Assembly (NCBI GenBank): GCA_030141605.1
Contig: JAQGDQ010000002.1
Location: 1,488,001 to 1,552,000, forward strand
DNA from: Tubiluchus corallicola
Lineage: Eukaryota > Animalia > Priapulida
Direction: 5' to 3'
DNA: 64,000 nt
Part shown: positions 1-12,300 of the stretch, piece after piece
How the letters are laid out: every line of letters begins with the position of its first letter
How positions within the stretch are numbered: position 1 is the first letter of the stretch
Notes under the pieces: generated by a model
What the model was told of the DNA's origin: nothing
Databases searched by the model: none
The model's input: only the letters and a program-made list of their open reading frames with translations
Translations under genes and position numbers: made by a program

Positions 1-325
1 GCGGAAGCTACATAAACACCACTTTTGACATAAACGTATCAGAATGAAGCCAAATAAAATTATATTTAATTTAAAGAAACCTGTAAAACTAATAAATTTG
101 CTAAGCCATGTAACTAAAGTGAAAAGTGAGTTAGTTTATGTTTTTAAAAATCACGCACTGTATTTTAAAAACAAATTACCCTAGATAATTGAAATTTTAA
201 TATTTTGGAAGTTTATCTGTTTATTTATGTATAAATTTTTGAGTTTTTAGTTTAATGTACGAGTTGGTGATTTACTGTAAGGATTTCTTTGCTTTTTATG
301 GTATCTGCTACTGTCACATTTTTAG

Positions 326-3300
326 GGCCTGGATTAATCAGATGATGGCTGTCATTACTGCTGAAGAGCTTCCACAGGATGTTATCGGAGCTGAGCTGCT
401 TATAAACAAACACAAAGAGCATCGAGTGGAGATTGATGGCAAGATGAAAGAGTTCACGTATATTTTTCATTGTTAATATGCTTTAAGAAAGCTGCTATTT
501 AAATATATTTATATAAAGAGTTGGATCTTCTTTTTGAATCAGCTGTTTACTAATATTGACTGTATCTACCATAACATTTCAGAGATTTTACCAACAGAGG
601 TCAGCACCTGATTGCTGAGAAACACTTTCTAGCAGATGACATTCAAGACAAAGTTAACAACTTAAATTTGGCCAAGGATCAGCTAGTGGAAACGTGGCAG
701 CGGCGTGCCATTCTATACGATCAAAATCTAGATGCTCAGGTTTGATTGCTAGAGTAATAAATAGAAAAGTGTTCGTTTACTTTCAACAGTTCGTGAAGAA
801 GTTGTAAAACTGAAACCAGTTGTGTGTTTGATATTTATTTAACATTCTAATTAATCATGCTACAGGCTGTTCATCTAAATAATGAGTTTTAAGTTACTTT
901 ATTTCCATTGGATTCATAACAACTGTTTTAAGATTAAACCTATAACATAATGATCATAAATTGTGAGAGCCTGGTATAGCAAAAATTTCTTACCTGTACA
1001 TTTATGGCTGTTTGACAGAACTACAGAGGTTACATGTTATTCCACAGTTACTTTCCAGCAGTTCACATATTAGCAGTGACTAAAGTTTTTGTGCATGTAA
1101 TCCAGAGCTTTTTATTATTTTGTGAATTGCAGATTTTCAAGCGAGATGCAGACCACTTTGAATCGTGGATGCAAGCTAGAGAACCCACACTAATGGAAAA
1201 TAAATTTGGGCAAAACATCAAAGAAGTGAGTGCTGTTGTGTAGTCACTAATATTTAGTTTTATAGTGCCTCATAAACTAAATAATATGATGACGGTCAGA
1301 AATGTTCACAGTAATTTCTTATTGTATCTACACAATCTATACTCTTTCACTTATAAATCCAGTTTTTTCTTTCACACTATAGTAAGTCCTTGCTTAACAA
1401 CTCCCCATTCAGCGATGTTCATGTTAAAGATGCTGAACATTTGACACATTTTTCTTACTTATCGAGGCACATTTCATTCTAATGACGATTTTTTTCTTCG
1501 CTTAAAGCCATTTTTTATTTGACTAATTACTTTTTTACCATATTTGAGGCTTTAAAACAGTACTTATAGCATTATTCGATTCTAAAAATGCACCAGTAAC
1601 CCAAAACAGTGCAATTATTATACATTTTTGCATCAAGCGAGAACTGTTTGCAATTTATATGCCTCCTGGCACCTTAGTGCAAACTTATTATGCTAAGTAA
1701 TTTTGCGGCAACCTGTTTGTAACAAGTAATTTTGCGGTAACAAGCTAACTGCTTAGGGCTTTTATCGCTAACTAAATATTGCTAATAAAGATTGGTTTGG
1801 TGGTTTCAAGTAAGCAGACAGAAATTAATCAGTAAAAGTATGAATAAAATCAGTAAAAGTATGAATTAAATAAAATATTTAATTTATATGTTTAAAGCAA
1901 CGTTGATTTTTGCCTCTAGTATGTATCTTAGTTGTTTTACATAATTCCTAAGGAAGTTTCACTTAACATCACATTTTGCTGTAATACATTAACGTTGTTA
2001 AGCAAAGACTTATGTACCTGTTTATGGAATTTTTTAACAGAAAATGATGTGACTATTAACTACAATCTGATTTCTTTTAAGAAAAATATCAACAGATCTC
2101 TTCCACTGCTAACAAATTACTGATAAAAATTCTATTTTTCTGGGCTTATGATTGTTTTATCGTGTTCTGATTGTGGCCTTTTGTCTTGGGTGACCACTGA
2201 TTTTGTTTGGGGTAACCGGTTTGCAAAAAAATCATTCATTTCTATTGCATCATCAAAGGTGACAAATTTACAGATGCTATCACTGATGCATATGATATTT
2301 ACACTAAGCAAAATTCTTAAAATTATAAAAATACACATTTTTTGGTAACTTCAAATAGGCGGAAGAGCTACTCAGAAAACATGAAGATTTTGAGAAAACA
2401 GTTGATGCTCAGAAGGAGAGAGTGAAGTCATTAAAAAGAGAAACTGCCATAGAAAAGGCATTCAGAGAACAGATGGAAGTGGAAGCAAAGAGGAAAGAAG
2501 CGGTGGAGAAGACGAAAGAAAAGGAACGTTTGGAAAGGCTGACTTTAAGAGAGCAACGTAGACTTCTGGAGGTTAAAAATTTCTCTTAACAATACTCTTT
2601 CTTTTTGTAGATGCCACTAGATGATCTGTATGATGACCTTGATCATATATTTCCTATAGGGGAATCAAAAAGGGGCATGCTGCATTAGTTTTACATCTCA
2701 TAACTGAAAGATGCTAGTATCATAGCCACTAATTGCATGGATGCAGATCGGCTATGTACATAGGTTTTTTCAGGAATCCTTTTCCTTTAAAGCGAACAGT
2801 TTGTAGAATGTTAGCAATACATTACAGTTTGATTCAGTTGTGACTCCAAACATCTTCAGAGAAACTATTAATTAGTCTTTACCCTGCATGTAGAATCGAA
2901 GAACATTAGGCCAATATACATGATGTTCAAGTTACCACTGTGACATTAGTTACGATCATAACGAAAGTATCTGTTACCACCATGGATGTGGTTCTGTAGT
3001 TGGTCGATCCATATGTCAGTTAGCGAATAACTCCACTACTACAGACTGAAACCTAGCATCTCTGGAACAACTCTGGTTGACGACCACAGGTTACACCATT
3101 TTGGCTTTCTAGGTATCACTATATACATTACTCACCATTTCCTGTGTGAAACTTTCTAGTATCACATTTCTCTTCAGATAATATAACTTCACAGATACGA
3201 AGAAAGAACCTGTCTCAGTTCTGTGTTAAGTTGCCGTCTATATCCAAGCAATGTTAAATGAAGTTCGTCGAGAAGCCACTCACTTGAACAACTATAATTT

Positions 3301-6300
3301 CATTCTCCTGTGTACTGGCGTTAACCTTGATTTAGAGCACCGCATTATATCAATTAAACACAAATTATTATGCAGTGTGAATGGGGCTTAATGTTGCATA
3401 AGCATAATGTGAGAACTACTAAATGTAGGGCGAGACCTAACAATCTGTATGAAAATTGATCTATATTTATAAAATGTTTTAGAGTTTGTGTACCATCTGT
3501 CGAGTGACAGACTTCGTTAATGGTTAACTAATGTAGTATGTCTTCGTTTTATACTTATTACAGTGAATAATGACTTTTAACTTACACAATTAGTCATTTT
3601 TAGGAACGTCAGAGCCTAGAAAAGGAAGACAAAGTAACAGAAAGCACTGAAGTATTTGCAATGCCGATACACAGTTCACCATCCCCTGCAGAGAGGGAAT
3701 TCCAAACTTCAGCTTCTGTGCCTCTATCACAAGAGACTCCAGTCCAGTCTGCAGGTTCACCAAAGAGCCATTACCATACAACACCAACTAAAGATGAAGA
3801 ACATGTGCATCAGGGTTAGTCCTTAGTTGAGTCCATCAAAAGTAAAAGTTTGCAACTTTTGTTTTGTGATCTGGCTTAATGACTCTATGAAATTTAAGTC
3901 TCAGTTTGTTTGTTTGTTGAGCTGTATCAGCTAGAGTTTAACCTTATGCATGGCTATCATAAAAAATGCTCTTAAGAATGTTGTTCAAACTTGACAGGAT
4001 TCTCCAAATGAGATTTTGTCTATGACCGATTTAACACCCATATATCATCCCTCTTGGTCACATTAATATAAAAAAGGGTTTATCTGGTTGTCTGTGAGCT
4101 TTTTTAAGAGTTTTAAACTAAAAAAACTAGTTGACTTCGTTTGTTGCAGCATTAATCCGTTAGCGGGAATTATTGATTTAGTTATATGCAGTAATTTCTG
4201 CTATTGGGCATTCTTAGAAATTACCTACAATATATTTTATCGATGTACTTTATAACTCTTTTGCAACAAATATAAATTTCTCTTTGGTCACTCAACCAAT
4301 TAAGTTATTAATTCACCCCTACTATATTTTTCTTACAAGAATTGTCTACAAAATTGCCTTGTTTTTTCAGTTGTAGCTCCAGCACCTCATAAGCCAAAAG
4401 AACTAACTAGAGTTGCAAGCCTGCGACGAAAAGATGTACGCCGGACTCCAAGCTTTAGTACTCGAAAGGGCATCCATAAAAATACAGTAAATATTGACGT
4501 ATTTATTGCTGTGCATGTTGAAAAAACTCAAATCTTCATAAACTTCTAAAATAAAGAATTGCTAAAATAAATAGTATGGTATGAGTTGAATAATAAGTAG
4601 TGATTATCATTTATTATAGTAGCCCCAACGAAGCTGGCAACTACAGAATTGTTGATTCCATCTCTCTGTTCATCTGTCACCACTTATTCTCGCCTCTGCT
4701 ATAATCTTAGGAAGTTCATACCTCGTTCAGTGGTAGGGCTTGCCGTAGGTTTGGAGCCTATTTTTTTTGGGTCAATCGATGCAGATTTGGATTTTTTACA
4801 ATTTTTTTAAAGATAGAACTTAGTCTCACAAATTACAACTGATTAGCCAGACATTAGATAAATACAGTCAAGTAATACATGTTTTCATTTAGACCCGCAC
4901 AATATTAGCTGTGTTTGAATATACTGCATGGAATTTCATTTACTGTGGGCTTTCGGGCCTCATTATTTAAAGTTTTAGACTGACAATCATTGTAATTTGG
5001 ACACTTTTAAAGTTTTTCGATTAAAAATTAACCTTTCAGTTCTGTCTCTATCAAATTTTAACTTTAATTAACCGGATGCTGTATATGATGGTATCTGGTT
5101 TTTCACAGAAATTTAGTATCACTGTGAGTGTAAGTGCAGAAAATGCATCTTGGCAGTAGTCTCAAAGTATGTCAATCTCACCATGTTAACTATGCTGCTC
5201 TACTGAGGGATCTCTAATTAAAGTAATTTTGAGGAAAAAAGTCAAATTGTGACAATTACACATGATGTTGATGGAAATAATGCCGTACTTGTGCTACATA
5301 CTGCTATTGATGATTACAATGATGACGATGATGACATTGATGGTAATGACGACAACAGCATTCTAGATGTATTTTCATGATTATAATGATGACAATGATA
5401 ACAGTAGTGGTAATGGTGACAATGGCATTGTCAATGAATTACTATTTATTTTTATTTTTAGGAGTCATCAAACTGTGATAACCTCACAGTAACTTCACTG
5501 ATATAAACACTTAAACACAGTTAGTTTGTCGCAAACTTGTTATGGAGTAAAATCGGAATTTTTCATGCAGTGAGAGGAAAAATTATGGACAATGTTTCTT
5601 CTGGCTTTAAGATAGCTTTAGTGTAAGCTGAGAATATTCGTGACAAAAGTAAACTTAAGTTACGATTAGTTATCCATGCTAATTCAGGAGCATTTTCTGC
5701 AGGTTCAGGAGAGTTTACCCCCTGTCACATTACAAGGACCATTGGAGAGGAAGCATGAGCTGATCACAGGCAAAAAGAAGGCCACCATTAGATCATGGAA
5801 ACAGTTCCATGTTGTTTTATGTCAGGATATACTGTGTTTTTTTAAAACCAAAGAGCAGTTTGAGTCGCTACAGTCGAGCGCTTCACATCCTCTTGGCATT
5901 CATAGGTACTAAATTAATCATTATATGTGTTAAGAACAATAAGCTTTTCACTGTTTCATTGTGTGTACGCATAGTTGCTGTAGGTCAAAGTTAAGTGTAC
6001 CACAGCAATGCGTCTTAACTACAGTCATCACGTGACATGTGGGTAACGCAAAGCATTGGTTCAGTAACTTCAGTTGTTTTATGTGGACTTTACTTAATTG
6101 TGCATTAGTCTGTGTGTAGAGTGATTTACTATCAGGATCTTGGTTGGGAATGAAAAACTTAACTAGCTAAGCTTCTAGCTAGCAGTTAAAACTGTTACTA
6201 TTACAATAGTGTTGGCTGCAAAGCGTTGTCAAGTGTACACAAATGTGTTGTCTGGTTCTCTTAACCTTTCACCTTTTATTGATCATAATGAATCGTGGAA

Positions 6301-9300
6301 CTGTGGAAAGGCTTATTGTAGCAAAATTGTATTTTTCTGCATCACTATCAACTGTTTTGTTAGTTACACCATTTTTGAAATCATAACTCAACCAAAAATA
6401 TTATAACTTATTATTTATTGTTTGTGTTTTCATGGAAGTTACCCCAAACAAGACACTAGAGTACTTGGAATAATTCAAAATATTAGGCAAGTTTTCTTGA
6501 CAAAGAAACTAGCTAGAAAGTTTACTGGTTTAATCATGGCAGCTCATTTACTGAAAGCACTGTTTTGAAAGAGTTGACAGGTTTGAAAGAAAAACAAGCC
6601 AAAATTCATAGTTTACAAGTAAAAAACTTGTCAAGACAGTATGTATATAGTATGATGTCATTACAGCAAATTTGCTAGAGACCCAGAAAAAAGTACTGTA
6701 TAAACAAGGTACTATATAAACATACTCAACCAATGTGTATGACTACTAAATGCAAGCATGTGGTATATAAGTAATGTACAGTATGCGGCTTTCCCTGAGG
6801 ATGTAAACTACTGTTTGAGGAAGTTGTCATCTATTTTGCAGCCTAGAACCAAAAAATAGAATGAAAGTACTGTAATTTAGTATTCTTGTTGATACATGCT
6901 GCAATGACTTTCAAAAGCATATATTGTTTTTTGTCAATCACTTGTCAGAATACTATTTGCAGTGCTTTTCGTCAAGTTTCTTTGCCCACTGCTAAAGGCT
7001 TTTTACCAGGATTTACTTCGCAAATGATTTTATATTTACCAAAAGGAGAGAGAGCACTGTTCTCTTTTCTTTCCTCATTGACATGAATGCTCTACGGGCG
7101 TACGTATACATTGCTGATAGTAAGTTACATAATATAAAATGAGTTGGGTACCAGTAGCCACTTAAAGATTCATAACGTAAAATATTGTTTTTATGCAGTA
7201 GATACAATGATGTTTCGATGTGACATATTCATAACTCCACGTGCTCAACAATTTTATCACTGTATCAGGAATGACGGCTTATCTTTAGCTGTAAATTAAT
7301 TTGCAAACAGTAGGCAATAAAAGCTTATAAATGTGCAGTAATACAGATAGAGGGGCCTGACAAAAAAGGCTGTATTACGCATTAACTGAGTATGCTGTGT
7401 TCAAAACTATTACACTGGTTAAATGAATAATGAAAGTTTGTTCTTTTTTGTGAATTCCCATCACCAGTGCATATAAAATAACCATGTTTGCTGTAATGGT
7501 GTTATACTGGATAACGATCAATCACTCAAAATTTCCATTTGCTGTTGTTCGATTTATAATTGTAGTTAGTTTCTGCTGCATAATTTGATATGAATGAAAT
7601 TTAAAATTTCTTTGCACGAAGGGCTTTGGTGGGAAAGGCTTCTGACTATAAAAAGCGACCAAACGTGTTTAGATTACAACTGTTAGAAGGTGCTGAATAT
7701 CTCTTTCAAGCGCCAAGTGAAGAGTCGATGATTGAATGGATACAGACAATTCAACGATCTGCAGGTAAGATTGTAAGAATTAGTTTACTGAGTTGAGACT
7801 TAAACAAAATCTGGGCTTTATTATGTATGTGATAAATACAACCATCATCTGTTTTGTTGTCTGGTTTATGAGTCGCACTTATTTTTGTAAATTTTCACTG
7901 AGACAAATTAATTGACATGTTTGTTACATGATACTATAGAGCATTTCAGAAAAAAATCAGTGCAATAGAAATGTGCTGATATACTTATATGCTTAAAAAC
8001 CAAGTTGTATTATGGACAAATACGCATTATGCAAATATAATTGATTCTTATATCATTATGATGTCTTAATGCGGAAGTCGATGACAACCTTTCTTTGTGA
8101 TTTGATCAGCATATTTCAGCATATCATGTTTCTACTGCACTGTTTTTTCTGGATCAGCATGCATGAGAAATCATAGTCATAACACAGCTTGTACATATAA
8201 TATACTATTTTTTGCAATGCATTTTAAAAGTACATGGCATACTTTCTTTAACCAGTTCACTGTATTTCAGACATTTCTCTGTGTAATGCAATAATTTTTC
8301 AGTGATGGAAATAACTGTTGTAGGAAAACATTCTGCTTGCACAGTGCACATTATATAGTATTGTCAGTTTCTCAGAATTACTTAAGTTACCAGAATCATC
8401 CTCGAGTTTTGAAGCATTTACACTTAGCACTACTACATACAATTTACTGTTGTTGTAAGCATTTGTTCTGATCGAGATGCATACATCTTGCTAATGAGAG
8501 TTTGCATTGTGCACCTGTTGGTCATGCTGTTATCTTATGTGTTCATATGAAACTGCTTGTTCATTTCGTCCTTTTTAGATGCAACACATCAGAGTGTTAG
8601 TCACTTGGCTTCATTACAAGTGAAGGAGTCGCCTGTGCTATACACAAAAGTGCCTGATAAACCACGTACAGGTACTTCCAGCTCAGGTACATGTAGCTCT
8701 GATGATACGTTGACACTATCTGAGACCAAGAAGCCTGAACGTATTCTTCATAAAGCTGTCATTAAGCAGGAAAAAAAGCATGAATACACAACTGGTAAAC
8801 AATTCATTTCTGTTTGGTAAAACTAATTTATTTTCTATTTTGTCATCCTAAAAATATATTAAAATTCTGTAGACATTATTTTTTCCTGATTTTCAGTGTA
8901 AACTGCTAGTTTGCTATTGCAAAAAATTAAATTGTCAACCAGGCATTATTATTTTCCAATTTTTGACGAAGTTTTAGCCTTTTTTATTTAGTTTAGTGTT
9001 TATTTTTACCAAAAAAACTTACAAACATGACTAGATATTTTTTATTGCAGAACCAACGTCACTGGAAAAACTCTCAGATTATGCAAGCTCACAAGAAAAC
9101 CCCCAGAAAGCAACGCCACTACCTACTGAGGAATCAAATAGGTGCGATTATAAAAGTCATGTAGATGTAGGGTATTTTCAACATTTCCTTTCCCAATAAT
9201 TATAACATTACAAATTAATTTCATAATTATGAAATTATGAATTTTAATTCATAATAAATGATCAAATTTATTTTGTGCAATTTCAAGCAAAAGTACTTCC

Positions 9301-12300
9301 AATGGCACTGTACAGTAAAATGTCATAATTACAATTACACACTTGAGAAAATATAACACAATTAAAAGTATTAAAAGTTTTCGTGCAAAATGTTCAATCA
9401 CTTACAAGGAGAGAAATTATGATGAACAAAATAGGTGGTTATTGAAGTTTACAGTGGTTGGAATTGATCATAATCATTTTTAAAGAGATGTGTCTTCAAG
9501 TGTTTTTTAAATAGTTGCACATTAGGAACACTTCTATGGTTCTGAAGGAAAGAATTGCAGTATTTAGGGGCAACAGAAGTAAAATAACAAGTCGTCAAAA
9601 TACTTTTCAGTTAAAAGGTACCTAAAGTTCATTATGGGAAGATTTATTTGCCCGTGTGCCCCTACAGTTGCGTTTGTATAACCTATCAGATAGGTAAGCA
9701 GGAGAAAGTCCGTGCAAAATTATGTATGTCAGAACTAACAGTTTATATATACGCTTAATTCTAATCATTGATCGGTAACCAATGCAAGTGAAGCATAGAA
9801 GCACTAGTACTATTGTACTTTCCTCCACCAATAGTAACATTTGCTGCCAAATTCTGATGGCACTGCATAGGTCGGATGATGCAGTCAGATAATTCATGAA
9901 AATGAGTAATGAATTAGCTTTATCAAAATTCAGACAACACCATTAGACATTAAACATTTCAAGCAATCATTATATAAGAATTTTTCAAGCTTGATAATTT
10001 CTTTGAAAATTAAATGCTGCTTTTCTGCATTTAGATTCAGTTTGGTTTTTAAAATTTAACTGACAATAATTTGCCAGCATTTAAAAACAAATAGTATACT
10101 TGCAACATTTTAGTTTTGTTATTTTTAGCATAGAATCTGAATACAATAGGTTTATTGGTATATGTAAAAAGTTTGTTATTTTAACAATGTTTAAACAATT
10201 TAAATGGAATTTGCTCACAATCGTTTATCAATGTGCTCACATTTGAATATGTTCTTCGTCACTGTAGGGTACAAGTGGCAGTGGTGCAGCCTTGTTTTGC
10301 TCCAGCAGTAGATCATCCAATACGAGATGTTGATCAGTCAGATCATGATCATTCTCATGTTAGAGATGATTCATCAGTCTCGTCTACTGAATCTGGTGAC
10401 ACAGGCAAACTTGCAACAGGTGATGCCTTAGCTTTGGATGAATGCTAACCTTCACATTAGGTGCACATGTTTGTGCAAAAACTAATTTTAAAACATGAGC
10501 ACAACAGATTACATTTAATGCAAAACTATTTGAATACTGCGTATAGTTTGTGTAACTTGTAACAGCAAATAGGTGAAAGTTATTCAAAATATTTTAGCAA
10601 CTTTTAAGGTACGAATCGTTTATATTTATTACTGGTTTTTACATAGACTCGCCATTTTGCACTTTACAACTTATTAAGTTGTGATTGCATTTTAGATTAC
10701 GGCCTGTATTTTTTTTGTTTAACAAACTTTTGTAATCAGTAGCTATCCTTTGTCCTATTACAACTGTATGCAAACATGTGTATTTGTCTTGTTTAGTACT
10801 AACTGTGAATTTTATACTAACAACACTGTTCTCTTCATATCTGTGCTTTTAGATGGTGATCCATTTCCAACTGATCCTTGGGAATTTGTTCCTTGGAATA
10901 ATAAAACATCATCATCGTCTACTCTTGTGTCAGCAGATGTTCAGAGTGGCACCTCTTTCCCTCTTGATACCTCCCACAAACCACCTTTGTTCCCAGAACC
11001 TGAGCCACCTGTTTATGAAACTGCCGATCTGTCACATGTTACAGTTACATTGCAGTCACCCATAAAAAAGGCTTCCACACCACCAATTTTTCCAGAGCCC
11101 ACTCGTTCTCCCGATCTTTCCACTGGAACTTCGTCTAACCGGAAGTTTCCCTGTCGGTCGGTATCAGATGCCGGAGAATCAGAATATGAGTCAGCTGTCG
11201 AGGAGAGTAAGTAAATTAATGTGCTCAAATAGCTGTTAACAAAATCTACATTTTTGGGTAAGATGTGTCTCTCATTTCTCGCTTCTTTGCCTTTTGCTAT
11301 ATTTGCCATTGTAAAGACTTGTTCACATGAAAGCTTTTTTGTTGCTAAAGCATTCTTGCATACAAATAAGCATGCTGTCATTTTTCCCAATAAGTCCAAT
11401 ATACGTATAATGAATAATCGAATAAAACTAGTGTGAAATGCAAAGCATTGGGTTTCTCATTTACTGAGTTTTTTCCGCCCAATTACCTAGACATATTATT
11501 TATTGTTACTATGCAATCCATTTCGTGCATATGTTAGTTGGAATGCTGTTTAGTATTGTCATATATCCACTTTATCGCCAGAACTTTTGAGTTAGAAATT
11601 TCTCTATTGTGATCTTACAATATGAAAAGTGGCTAAAAACTTATTACATAAACAACAATGAGAATGAGACCATCATCACTGGCGAGAAGGATCTGTTTAT
11701 AAGATTACATCACAAATGCGCAACCTAATCATTAGATAGTATAGTCATGAAATCTGCAAACAACATAATGGCTATTGGCCATTAATTCACACGCTAGCAT
11801 TATAAACTTCTGCCTCTGCAAAAATTTGCTTCATTTTGAAGCTGTAATTAAATTACATTCTTCTAAAACAACAAGGTAGTTTGCCCAAACACATAATTCT
11901 TCACTCCTGGGAACGAATGCCTACTCTTCAGGATGGAAGATAAGATACCTCTCCATAATAGCTTAATACCCCAACTACATTAGTTAGTTAATTAACCATT
12001 TGCATTTTAAGATTGCATAATAGTAAACCAGACTAATTCTTTTGTGTACCGATAATCCAGTATTCAAGTTAACTGCCTTTTATTTGTGTTATTATTACTA
12101 TTTTTGTGCCACGGCCCACGGGCATTAATAACTCACAAAGATTAAAAACATTTTTGAGAATATTTGTAAATCAAGAATGCACAAGCTCGTAGATAGTGTA
12201 TTCTTGATTTGCAAACATTCTCAAAAATGTTTTTAAAAGATCTTTAATTAAATTTTTTCAGTTTCTTTTGGTGATAAAAAGCAAATTCAGTTATTTTAAA

